Assembly (NCBI GenBank): GCA_964582545.1
Contig: CAZOSB010000004.1
Location: forward strand, 3,247 to 67,246
DNA: 64,000 nucleotides
From: an uncultured Anaerovorax sp.
GTDB lineage: Bacteria > Bacillota > Clostridia > Peptostreptococcales > Anaerovoracaceae
Direction: 5' to 3'
How positions within the stretch are numbered: the first letter of the stretch is position 1; every line of letters begins with the position of its first letter. The notes below the pieces were generated by a model that saw nothing but the letters and a program-made list of their open reading frames with translations, was not told the DNA's origin and made no database searches. Made by a program: the position numbers and the translations under genes. Of the stretch, positions 7,938 through 16,934 are shown piece by piece.

Positions 7938-8015
7938 TTATCTTTTAAAGAAGATAAGCGGGAAAAATGCTAATTACAGGTAATAAATAATTGGCATGAA
8001 TTTTTGGGTTTTTAC

Positions 8016-8043
8016 CGGGTGCGTTGCTGCGCCCGTTTTTTTT
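8016..8043 (+). terminator. Rho-independent terminator (riboswitch expression platform and/or end of the XRE-ImmA unit)
   Basis: CGGGUGCG-UUGC-UGCGCCCG (with G-U pairs) followed by UUUUUUUU. Confidence 0.6.
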
Positions 8044-8100
8044 ATTATTCCGTCATTTCCACGTTTTTTATCGCAGTGATTACAGGAGGATTAACCCGAC

Positions 8101-8799
8101 ATGACCAATGAACTTTTGCTGATTTTAAACCTTTTTTTCATTTATGGCAGCGTATTTGTCTGTTTTAAATTATTTGGAAAAAAAGGTCTATTTTGTTTTG
8201 CCGTATTGGCATCCATAGCTGCTAATATCGAGGTCTTGATCCTGGTCAACGCCTTCGGCATGGAGCAAACCCTGGGCAACATCCTCTTTGGCTCCACATT
8301 CCTTGTTACAGATATATTGAGTGAGCTTTATGGAAAGAAAACAGCTAAGGATGCTGTAAATATCAGTATTTTTACTACAATACTCTTTATTTTTATCACA
8401 CAAACTTGGTTTTTATATGCTCCTGCCCAAGAAGATGTCCTTATGGAGAGTATTCGGAACATTTTTTCAAATACACCCCGCATCATGATTGCTGGCATTT
8501 TAGTGTATGGGATCGTGCAACGGTTCGACGTGTGGCTCTATCATAAGATATGGAAAATCACTGAAGAAAAAACAGGTTCTGATAAAAGGTTTTTATGGTT
8601 GAGAAACAATGGTTCCACCCTTATCAGTCAGCTGATCAACAGTGTATTATTTACATTTGGAGCGTTTTGGGGCACCTATGATGTCAGTACACTCTTTGCA
8701 ATCGTTATGTCAAGCTATATCATCTTCATAGTTACCAGCATTGCCGATACACCCATAGTTTATCTTGTTAGGAATCACTTCAATAAAAAAGTGACCTAA
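8101..8799 (+). CDS. yhhQ: Queuosine precursor transporter (YhhQ/VUT family)
   Basis: 232-aa polytopic membrane protein with a YhhQ-like pattern (FGSTFLVTDILSELYGKK, RIMIAGILVY). A preQ1 riboswitch lies upstream. Confidence 0.75.
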   Translation: MTNELLLILNLFFIYGSVFVCFKLFGKKGLFCFAVLASIAANIEVLILVNAFGMEQTLGNILFGSTFLVTDILSELYGKKTAKDAVNISIFTTILFIFITQTWFLYAPAQEDVLMESIRNIFSNTPRIMIAGILVYGIVQRFDVWLYHKIWKITEEKTGSDKRFLWLRNNGSTLISQLINSVLFTFGAFWGTYDVSTLFAIVMSSYIIFIVTSIADTPIVYLVRNHFNKKVT

Positions 8800-8825
8800 A
8801 ACTTATATGCTTCAAGTCACTTTTT
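8786..8825 (+). terminator. Weak terminator-like hairpin after yhhQ
   Basis: AAAAAGTGAC ... GTCACTTTTT with a 20-nt loop. The U run is part of the 3' arm. Confidence 0.35.
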
Positions 8826-9041
8826 CCTATAATGTTATAAATATAAATAAAATACATAGTTTAAAGCATTCCTTATCAATTGTAGAAAGATTATTTGATA
8901 AAAAACGAGCTACATATACTGCAAGGAAGATGAGACAAAGAATGCTTTAGCTATGTAATAGTTAAAGTTTATTGATTTTAATTTAGAATAATATATAATA
9001 TGAAACAAATAACGAATTGTGAATAATTTATAAAAAATTAT

Positions 9042-9740
9042 TTAATCTGCCACATCTGCTCCGAAAATTCCCAAACATTGTTCAAAAAGTTCAAAGTTAT
9101 TTTCTTTATAAATTAAAAAATTTTGAAAGTAACCTAAGCTGTCTGCATGATACTGCCCTGAAATTTGCTGAAAAGCCAAAAGGTCATAAGTACCATCTTC
9201 ATCTACATCAACAGGAAATAGTGAGGATATGGGATCCACAAAACCTTCTATTGGCTTTTTCAACCTTCCTAGGGTATCATAGATCTGGCTTAAATACTCT
9301 CCACCCCTCTGAGAAATATCAATAATATATTTTTTATTATTATTCATACAGATCGCTTCCACCTTATAAAAATTTTTAAACGCAACCATGTATTGGAATC
9401 GTTCATTATATTCTTCTGAAGAAAATAATTTCTTTGAACGATTGTTTACAAATGAATATATGTAATCATACGTCATTCCCCCGCTTCCTCCTGAATCGAT
9501 GGTTACGAATACATCGGATACCTTGTCACCTGTAAAATCACCTAGAAACAGCCTTGGATTATATCCTCCGAATGGAAGTTCCACCACCATCACCTTTCCT
9601 GTCCTGCCATTCTTAACTACAAGTTCCATTTTATCAATATATCCACCCTCTGACTCTTTGATTCCCGTAACATACACCCTATCAAGCTTTTTGTCTCCCG
9701 TAACATCTCCGAAAGCCCATGCAACAATTTCTCTTTTCAT
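9042..9740 (-). CDS. FG-GAP/VCBS-like repeat protein (hypothetical)
   Basis: Repeated GDVTGDKKLD and GDFTGDKVSD motifs. The start was moved to ATG 9740 (MKREIV), preceded by AAGGGGTGA. Confidence 0.5.
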   Translation of the reverse strand: MKREIVAWAFGDVTGDKKLDRVYVTGIKESEGGYIDKMELVVKNGRTGKVMVVELPFGGYNPRLFLGDFTGDKVSDVFVTIDSGGSGGMTYDYIYSFVNNRSKKLFSSEEYNERFQYMVAFKNFYKVEAICMNNNKKYIIDISQRGGEYLSQIYDTLGRLKKPIEGFVDPISSLFPVDVDEDGTYDLLAFQQISGQYHADSLGYFQNFLIYKENNFELFEQCLGIFGADVAD

Positions 9741-9899
9741 TTTTATCACCCCTTTTATCAGTATATGTCGTAAGTGGAAAAAAGTACGAAAAAAGTAAGT
9801 GATTTTTTCCATGTATTTTGTTATACTATCAGTAACATAAAAATATAAAATTGGAATTTATAAACGTTCCAAAATTGTTCTTACCATCGGAGGTAAATT

Positions 9900-11873
9900 A
9901 TGAATTTGAATAAAAAATTATTGAGGACTATCATTCCAATTTTAATATTGGTTTGCTTAGCAGCAATATACTCAAAGCTATCATCCACAAACACCTACTT
10001 AAATAGGCAGGCAGAATTAGAGCTTTCTGAACGAGGTACTGCTGTATCGGCCAGCACAGATGCCTACCTTCGTAAATATATGTACATGTTAGATAACTTT
10101 GCAGAGGAAGCCTCCATCAAAGACCCCTTCGCAGATCCCAGAACCTACGAGCAATATTTGGCAGTAAGACTTCGCGATAATCCAGATATTTTAACTGTAT
10201 ATATGGCAAGTCCTACCAATGGATTTATAGATTCCACCTTATGGGTGCCCGATGCCGACTATATTCCAACACAACGTGACTGGTATATTGAAGCCGTCAA
10301 TAGCAATGAAATTGTAGTTTCCGACCCTTATATCGATGCTCAAACAGGGGATAGCATTATTTCTATTTCTAAAAAAGTAGAAAGTAATGGTGTTCTTTTA
10401 GGTGTCATGTCGTTGGATTTAACCATAAACGAATTAGTAAACTTTATAAATACCACCGTCAACGAGGATGGAACCTATTCCTTTCTTGTGGACAAAAATG
10501 GTGGAATCGTTGCCCACCCATTAGATCAATTCAAACCTCAGGGTGATAATCTCTTCAATCTATCCGAAGTGGAGAACGGACTGTATACACCTGTGGTTAA
10601 AATCATTGAAAACCATGAAGGTTTTATTAAAATGAAAGATTATGATGGTAAGGAGAGAATCTTTACTGCTCAAGGTTTGGAAGCTACCCATTGGAGCGTT
10701 ATTTCCACCTTCTCTACCGATAAGTTAAAGACAGCTTTACTCAAGGGAATGATTGGTGGAATTGCAATCTTTGTATTTGCAATCGTAGCCGTCATATTTA
10801 TGTTGGTGGTATTCTCCAAAAAATATTTTACACCTATCGTTGCCATCTCCAATGTGCTGGAAGAGGTTTCGCACGGAAATTTAAGAGTTGATACAAAACA
10901 TATTCATAATAATAGTTTTGAAATCAATAAATTACTAAATTCTCTAAACAAAACTACAAACTCCATACAGACTTATATAGAAGAAATTGATAGAATGACT
11001 GATCAGATGTCCGAAGGCGACTTTAATGTAACCACGTCTCAATCCTTTATCGGAGACTACAAGTCCATTGAAGATTCATTGATGAGACTCAGCCATGAAA
11101 TGTCCTTTACGTTGAGGCAGATTGGATCAACTGCAAGCCAAGTTTCTCAAGGTTCTGAGCAGGTATCCCATGGAGCGCAATCGCTGGCGCAGGGTGCTGC
11201 CCACCAGGCCAACTCCATCGACAATCTTTCAGAATCTGTGAATGTAATCTCTACTCAGGTGAGAGAAACAGCAGAAAACTCGGTCAAAGCCAGTCAGTTA
11301 TCCTCAGCTGCATCGGTTGCCATAACCAAGGGTAATGAGCAAATGCAAAAGCTCATGAATGCTATGAAAGATATCGATTCAAAATCTACTGAAATAAGCA
11401 AGATTATTAAAACCATCGAAGACATTGCTTTCCAGACAAACATACTGGCCTTAAATGCTGCTGTAGAAGCCGCAAGGGCTGGTGTTGCCGGAAAGGGTTT
11501 TGCCGTAGTTGCAGACGAAGTGAGAAACCTAGCTGGAAAATCTGCTGACGCTGCTAAAAACACAACTTCCTTAATCAGCGCCTCTGTCACAGCTATCTCT
11601 GACGGTGTAGGACTGGCAGATGAAACCGCTGCAGAATTAGAGGAGATCGTGAAAAGTGTAAAAGAAACCACTGATACCATCAGTGAAATTACAAATGCCA
11701 CAAGGGAGCAATCCTCCGCTTTAGCTGAAATAACCACAGGGATCAATCAAATTTCAGAGGTGGTGCAAGTCAATTCTGCCACAAGCGAGGAAAGTGCTGC
11801 TGCCAGTGAGCAGTTATCCGGTCAAGCCAATCTATTAAAAGAGTTGTTAGTAAAATTTAGATTAAGAGATTAA
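9900..11873 (+). CDS. Methyl-accepting chemotaxis protein (Cache-type sensor, HAMP, MA domain)
   Basis: Two TM segments flank a Cache-like periplasmic domain. The signalling hairpin is conserved ([39 protein letters not shown]). Confidence 0.9.
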   Translation: MNLNKKLLRTIIPILILVCLAAIYSKLSSTNTYLNRQAELELSERGTAVSASTDAYLRKYMYMLDNFAEEASIKDPFADPRTYEQYLAVRLRDNPDILTVYMASPTNGFIDSTLWVPDADYIPTQRDWYIEAVNSNEIVVSDPYIDAQTGDSIISISKKVESNGVLLGVMSLDLTINELVNFINTTVNEDGTYSFLVDKNGGIVAHPLDQFKPQGDNLFNLSEVENGLYTPVVKIIENHEGFIKMKDYDGKERIFTAQGLEATHWSVISTFSTDKLKTALLKGMIGGIAIFVFAIVAVIFMLVVFSKKYFTPIVAISNVLEEVSHGNLRVDTKHIHNNSFEINKLLNSLNKTTNSIQTYIEEIDRMTDQMSEGDFNVTTSQSFIGDYKSIEDSLMRLSHEMSFTLRQIGSTASQVSQGSEQVSHGAQSLAQGAAHQANSIDNLSESVNVISTQVRETAENSVKASQLSSAASVAITKGNEQMQKLMNAMKDIDSKSTEISKIIKTIEDIAFQTNILALNAAVEAARAGVAGKGFAVVADEVRNLAGKSADAAKNTTSLISASVTAISDGVGLADETAAELEEIVKSVKETTDTISEITNATREQSSALAEITTGINQISEVVQVNSATSEESAAASEQLSGQANLLKELLVKFRLRD

Positions 11874-11889
11874 AATAATTCATTATTTA

Positions 11890-11926
11890 ATTATGCAATT
11901 GAAAACAATGTTTTTAATTGCATAAT
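11890..11926. terminator. AT-rich inverted repeat at the convergent MCP/mutY junction (possible bidirectional terminator)
   Basis: ATTATGCAATT ... AATTGCATAAT. The inner GAAAACA/TGTTTTT extends the stem. Confidence 0.4.
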
Positions 11927-11941
11927 ATAATTATAATTAGA

Positions 11942-12985
11942 TTATAATAATTTACAGAAACCTTTAAATGCAGTTGGAAGGGGAATATCCTCTTCCAATG
12001 TTTTTTTGCTCACCCAATCCAACTCATGGTTCCGGTTTAGGCAAAGAACCTGATATCCGATCATATGCCACTCTCTATGAGTAAAAATATGCTTGCTGTT
12101 CATTTCCCCTGCTACTTTTTCTATGGCAATTCCCCACGTTAGCAGTAGTTCGCTTACCTCTTGGGGTGTCAGTAGACCTTCCACATTTGGGAATTCCCAA
12201 AGGCCCCCCAACAAGCCCCCTTCCTGCCTTTTGCGAATGGCGACCTTATCTTCCTCACAAAGAATTAGGATGGTTTTAAGCTCCTTCTTTCTCGCTTGTT
12301 TTTTCATTTTAAGAGGCAGTTTCAATTGTGTTTCATTTTTATAGGCTTTACAAAGAAAGGTCAAAGGGCAATCCTCACACTTGGGTACACCTGCCGGTGT
12401 ACAAATTACGGCTCCCAGTTCCATAAGTGCCTGTGTAAAATCTCCACATCGGTTGATGGGATAGATACCCCTCAGAGCCTCCGTAACTTCCTTTTTAAAG
12501 CAAGCTTCCGTAACTTCCCGATACTCTTCCAGAATTCTAGCCACAACACGCATAACATTGCCGTCTACAGCAGGTATAGGATAGCCGAAGGAGATGGATG
12601 AGATGGCTCCTGCCGTGTACTCACCGATTCCCGGCAATGACAAAATATCCTGAAACTCGTGGGGAAATCGCCCCTGGTACTTCTCTAGGATTATTTTAGC
12701 AGCCTTCTGTAAATTGCGTACGCGATTGTAATATCCTAACCCCTCCCATAGCTTTAGCAGAAGGGTTTCATTTGCTTCTGCTAAACTTTGTATGTCCGGA
12801 AGGGCCAACATAAATCGATCAAAATATGGCTTCACCGCCTCCACCCTGGTCTGCTGCAACATAATTTCTGAAACCCATATCCTATAGGGGTCTTGGTTTT
12901 TCCTCCAAGGCAATATTCTCGCATGCTCATCATACCAAAACAAGAGAGGCTGAACCAACCTTCCAAGCTCCAAAGCCTGTTCCAT
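11942..12985 (-). CDS. mutY: A/G-specific adenine DNA glycosylase MutY
   Basis: HhH-GPD motifs (LPGIGEYTAGAI), a 4Fe-4S Cys cluster (C..PKCEDCPL..LC) and a NUDIX-like C-terminus. The start is ATG 12985 or GTG 12997. Confidence 0.9.
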   Translation of the reverse strand: MEQALELGRLVQPLLFWYDEHARILPWRKNQDPYRIWVSEIMLQQTRVEAVKPYFDRFMLALPDIQSLAEANETLLLKLWEGLGYYNRVRNLQKAAKIILEKYQGRFPHEFQDILSLPGIGEYTAGAISSISFGYPIPAVDGNVMRVVARILEEYREVTEACFKKEVTEALRGIYPINRCGDFTQALMELGAVICTPAGVPKCEDCPLTFLCKAYKNETQLKLPLKMKKQARKKELKTILILCEEDKVAIRKRQEGGLLGGLWEFPNVEGLLTPQEVSELLLTWGIAIEKVAGEMNSKHIFTHREWHMIGYQVLCLNRNHELDWVSKKTLEEDIPLPTAFKGFCKLL

Positions 12986-12987
12986 AT

Positions 12988-14463
12988 TTATAGGCACTTT
13001 TCTACAGAAGCTTTCATTTCATTAATCTCTAAGACATCCTTATGCTTTACTGCTTTATTATTTAAGTCCTTCAACCCTTCAGGAATCTTTACCCCCGTTT
13101 TTTCAAACAGCAAGCTTACATTGGCAAACCCGTCCTCCTGAGGCGTAATTCCGATAGCCTCACAGACGCTGTCCGCAAACTTATATGCACTGGCCGTAGA
13201 TGCTATGACAGTAGGTGTCTTATCTCCCGTAGCCTCTTTATAATCCTCATACACCTTATATGCTACCGCTGTATGAGTATCCATTAGATATTCATGCTTT
13301 TGAAACACTTCACCGATAGTCCTATTGGTCTCACCCACATCTGCAAATCCGCCATAAAACAGTTGAAGCCCCTCTTTAATCTTTTCACTGACTTCATAAC
13401 GCTTACTTTTGTCCAGACTTTCCATCAAGGATGCGATTTCCCCTCCCTGGTTTCCACTCAAGTGATAGAGAAGTCTCTCCAGATTACTGGAGATTAAAAT
13501 ATCCATCGAGGGGGAATTGGTCAGATAAAATTCCCTGTTGATGTCGTAAACACCGGTATTGATAAAATCTGTCAGGATCTTGTTTTCATTTGATGCACAG
13601 ATAAATTTTCCAATGGGAATACCCATGTGCATTGCGTAAAAGGCAGCTAGAATATTTCCGAAATTACCGGTGGGAACCACAACATTCATGGGTTCTCCTT
13701 CCTTTACTTCTCCCGCCTCCAACAGCTTCAGATAGGCATAAACATAGTAGGTCACCTGAGGAACAAGGCGTCCGATATTGATAGAATTGGCAGAGGATAG
13801 CTTGAAACCTTTTTCTGAAAGTACCTGTGCAAAGTTTACATCATTGAAGATTTTCTTTACTCCAGTTTGTGCATCGTCGAAGTTCCCTTTTATCGCATAA
13901 ACGTGCACATTTCCCCCCTCTTGGCTGATCATCTGTCTTTCCTGAACCTGGCTGACCCCTTCCTTTGGGAAGAATACGATGATTTCTGTGTTCTCCACAT
14001 CAGCAAAGCCCTCTAGCGCTGCTTTTCCGGTATCTCCGGAGGTGGCGGTTAAAATCACAATCTTTTTGTCTTCCTTTTCTTTCTTCATGGCAGTGGTCAA
14101 TAAATAGGGCAATATGGATAAAGCCATGTCCTTAAATGCGGCAGTTTTTCCGTGGTAAAGTTCTAAAAAATAAGCGCCTCCTGCTTTAATGAAAGGAACA
14201 ACCTCTTTTGCTTCAAACTTTTCATCGTAGGCCCCCTCTATACATGCTTGAATTTCCTGCTCTGTATAATCTGGAAAAAAAGCCTGAATCACAGGAAATG
14301 CCACTTCCTGGTAGGATTTTCCCTTCATTTGGTTTATGTCAAAGGGCAATGATGGTATCTCCTCTGGTACAAAGAGTCCCTTATCCTGGGCGATTCCCTG
14401 AATAATCGCCTGAGCGCCCCTCTTTTTGTCCTCACTCCCCCTGGTACTTTTATAATAAATCAT
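12988..14463 (-). CDS. thrC: Threonine synthase
   Basis: 491 aa, long-form ThrC with a PLP-lysine region (HGKTAAFKDMAL). Confidence 0.9.
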   Translation of the reverse strand: MIYYKSTRGSEDKKRGAQAIIQGIAQDKGLFVPEEIPSLPFDINQMKGKSYQEVAFPVIQAFFPDYTEQEIQACIEGAYDEKFEAKEVVPFIKAGGAYFLELYHGKTAAFKDMALSILPYLLTTAMKKEKEDKKIVILTATSGDTGKAALEGFADVENTEIIVFFPKEGVSQVQERQMISQEGGNVHVYAIKGNFDDAQTGVKKIFNDVNFAQVLSEKGFKLSSANSINIGRLVPQVTYYVYAYLKLLEAGEVKEGEPMNVVVPTGNFGNILAAFYAMHMGIPIGKFICASNENKILTDFINTGVYDINREFYLTNSPSMDILISSNLERLLYHLSGNQGGEIASLMESLDKSKRYEVSEKIKEGLQLFYGGFADVGETNRTIGEVFQKHEYLMDTHTAVAYKVYEDYKEATGDKTPTVIASTASAYKFADSVCEAIGITPQEDGFANVSLLFEKTGVKIPEGLKDLNNKAVKHKDVLEINEMKASVEKCL

Positions 14464-14534
14464 AGTTTCTCTCCTTTATGATAAGACTAATTCCGTATTT
14501 ATTTATTTTACTTGAAATGATATTGAATTACAAG

Positions 14535-14566
14535 ATTCTAAACTAAAAATATTCTAAACTAAAAAT
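14535..14566. repeat. Exact 16-bp tandem duplication (ATTCTAAACTAAAAAT x2) in the thrC/gltX divergent intergenic region
   Basis: Read directly. A third degenerate copy follows. Confidence 0.8.
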
Positions 14567-14747
14567 ATCTCAAACGATTATAAAAAATATCACAGTAATT
14601 CCTAGTAAGCTTCGACTTTTTATTTTAAATAAATGAATTTTAAAATATATGCATTTTTAAAAGATGGATTACAAAATTCAAGTGAAGTTTGGTTTATTTA
14701 TCGTTGTAAATCCTGTCTGATCTTTTGAATAGCTCGTTCAAATAGAA

Positions 14748-14776
14748 TTGACATCATTCTTAAAAAATAGTATATT
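14748..14776 (+). promoter_or_regulatory. Sigma-A promoter of gltX
   Basis: TTGACA (14748-14753), 17 nt, TATATT (14771-14776). The leader is only about 25 nt, so there is no room for a T-box. Confidence 0.6.
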
Positions 14777-14805
14777 TACAAAAGAAACCGAAAGGAGAAA
14801 AGAAA

Positions 14806-16458
14806 ATGGAATATAATCAATTAGCAAATTTGCTATTTCCTCATATGAACAAAACCCCAGAAGATTACGAGGTAGCTTTTCCCGCAAGGAAACTACCTGA
14901 AGGTGCTAAAGTTACTCGCTTAGGACCCAGCCCTACGGGATTTATCCATTTGGGTAACCTATACGGAGCTTTTGCCGATGAGCGATTGGCACATCAAAGC
15001 GGGGGTACTTTTTATCTGCGAATTGAGGATACGGATGATAAACGAGAAGTATCGGGTGCCGTGGATGCGGTAATAGATTCCTTGTCCTATTTTGGGGTTA
15101 ACTTTGACGAAGGTGCTTTTAAGGATAAAGAATTAGGACATTACGGTCCTTACTATCAAAGCAACCGAGGAGAAATCTATCAATGTATGGCAAAGTATCT
15201 GGTATCAAAGGGACAGGCTTACCCTTGCTTCCTATCCGAGGAAGAAATCAGCACAATCCGCAAAGAGCAGGAGAGTCTTAAGCTTACCCCCGGCATTTAC
15301 GGTAAATGGGCATTACATCGAGATTTGTCCAATGAGGACATTAAGAATCGCTTGTCGGATGGACAAGAATATGTCATACGATTTAGATCTTCCGGAAACC
15401 CAGAAAACCACTTCACAGTGGAAGATGCCATCCGAGGCACCCTGTCCATGCCGGAAAATGAGATGGATGTGGTCATTTTGAAAAAAAATGGAATCCCAAC
15501 CTACCACTTTGCCCATGTAGTAGACGACCACTTTATGAGAACCACCCACGTTTTGAGGGGTGAGGAATGGTTGGCCTCCCTGCCTATTCACGTGGCTCTA
15601 TTCCAAGCTTTATGCTGGCAAATGCCCATATATTGCCACACTACGGTTTTAATGAAGATGGAAGGTGACGTGAAAAGAAAGCTCTCCAAACGAAAGGATC
15701 CTGAACTTTCCTTGGAGTACTACAAAGAACAAGGATATCATCCCCATGCTGTGCGAGAATATCTTTTGACCATATTGAATTCAAACTTCGAAGAATGGAG
15801 AATGGGCAACCCCTTTGCACCCATAGATGATTTCCGGTTTACCACAGAAAAAATGAGCAGCTCCGGAACCCTTTTTGATCTGGACAAATTAAACGATGTG
15901 AGCAAAGAGGTTCTCGGCAAAATTTCCGCTGAAGAGTTAGCAACGTTTCTTTTGAATTGGGCGGAAACCTATCACTCCGAATTTTATAACGTAGCTAAAG
16001 ATCAAGGAGTTCCCTACTTAGCACAGGCACTAAATATCGGCCGTAGTGGAGACAAGCCGAGAAAGGATTTGATCTTTGGATTGCAAATGATGGATTTCGT
16101 CAGTTATTTTTACGATTCCTATTTTGATCCAGCTAACCGTGACCCCTATCCGGAAAATACAAAAAATGATTTGGAGGTTATCTTGAAAAGTTATTTAGCA
16201 ACCTACGATCATAGCGATGACCAAAGTCTTTGGTTCGACAAAATTCGTCTATTGTCGATAAACAATGGTTATGCTGCCAAGCCTAAGGATTTTAAGAAAA
16301 ATCCGGATTTATATAAAGGGCATGTGGGAGATGTGAGCACTGTCATACGCATCGCCCTTATGGGGAAAACCCAATCCCCCGACTTATGGGAGATTCAACA
16401 GATTTTAGGGGAAGATAAAGTTCGAGAAAGAATTAATAGCGGTCTTTCCCAACTGTAA
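14806..16458 (+). CDS. gltX: Glutamate--tRNA ligase family protein (long, 550-aa form)
   Basis: Class I synthetase signatures: PSPTGFIHLGN, YLRIEDTD and KLSKRK (KMSKS). Confidence 0.85.
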   Translation: MEYNQLANLLFPHMNKTPEDYEVAFPARKLPEGAKVTRLGPSPTGFIHLGNLYGAFADERLAHQSGGTFYLRIEDTDDKREVSGAVDAVIDSLSYFGVNFDEGAFKDKELGHYGPYYQSNRGEIYQCMAKYLVSKGQAYPCFLSEEEISTIRKEQESLKLTPGIYGKWALHRDLSNEDIKNRLSDGQEYVIRFRSSGNPENHFTVEDAIRGTLSMPENEMDVVILKKNGIPTYHFAHVVDDHFMRTTHVLRGEEWLASLPIHVALFQALCWQMPIYCHTTVLMKMEGDVKRKLSKRKDPELSLEYYKEQGYHPHAVREYLLTILNSNFEEWRMGNPFAPIDDFRFTTEKMSSSGTLFDLDKLNDVSKEVLGKISAEELATFLLNWAETYHSEFYNVAKDQGVPYLAQALNIGRSGDKPRKDLIFGLQMMDFVSYFYDSYFDPANRDPYPENTKNDLEVILKSYLATYDHSDDQSLWFDKIRLLSINNGYAAKPKDFKKNPDLYKGHVGDVSTVIRIALMGKTQSPDLWEIQQILGEDKVRERINSGLSQL

Positions 16459-16459
16459 G

Positions 16460-16564
16460 AACAAGTGCAAGGACAACTGCAACCAGTGCAACGGCAAGGA
16501 AAACTATAATAGCAACTGTAAGGATAAGTATTAGAAAAACTATAAAGACAACTGCAACTAGTAA
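16460..16564. repeat. Triplet-periodic low-complexity repeat (AAC/TGC/AAG-rich, GACAACTGCAAC units)
   Basis: It begins 2 nt after the gltX stop. See the findings for the reading frames. Confidence 0.6.
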
Positions 16565-16656
16565 AATGTAGGTCTAATAATTTATAAATCATTATATCAA
16601 AAAATTTTCATAATTTTTATTATGTAAACCTTTAAAGGAATGGAAAAACACCATGT

Positions 16657-16682
16657 AAAAAGCCCCCGAACGGGGGCTTTTT
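16657..16682. terminator. Strong bidirectional rho-independent terminator
   Basis: AAAAAGCCCCC-GAAC-GGGGGCTTTTT, with A/T runs on both sides. Confidence 0.85.
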
Positions 16683-16731
16683 GTTTAGCAATTGCCTGTA
16701 TTTTTTTAAATTTTAAGCGTTATTCGCTATA

Positions 16732-16842
16732 CTAGCACTTGCTTGTGTAACAGTTACAGAATATGATTACCAGTAACAAGAAGAAGAACAACAAGCTGGT
16801 ATCAATTCCTTCTCCATTCAGGAGTCCACATCTTTCTGACAT
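16732..16842 (-). CDS. Unannotated 36-aa Cys-rich small membrane peptide (MSERCGLLNGEGIDTSLLFFFLLLVIIFCNCYTSKC)
   Basis: An AGGTGA Shine-Dalgarno sequence lies 5 nt before the ATG. An extended -10 (TGTATAAT, 16883-16876) lies upstream. The terminator at 16657-16682 lies downstream. It is below the track's size cut-off. Confidence 0.5.
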   Translation of the reverse strand: MSERCGLLNGEGIDTSLLFFFLLLVIIFCNCYTSKC

Positions 16843-16934
16843 ATTATTCACCTGCTTCTATAAGAATTAATTTGTATTATACAGTATGAAGAAAAAGCAG
16901 AATGTGTGCATAGGAATCACCAAATTTTAGTTTT

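Noticed and set aside
14464-14805. T-box or other leader RNA for thrC or gltX, or a mini CRISPR suggested by the repeated 16-mers
   Set aside because: The gltX leader is only about 25 nt. There are no specifier or T-box sequences. The 16-mer has only two exact adjacent copies with no spacers, so it is a simple tandem duplication.
16395-16592. 65-aa Cys-rich minus-strand ORF from the track (MIYKLLDLHFTSCSCLYSF...)
   Set aside because: It overlaps the 3' end of gltX by 64 nt and has no Shine-Dalgarno sequence. Its odd composition is a by-product of the triplet repeat at 16460-16564. I treat it as a repeat artefact, not a gene.
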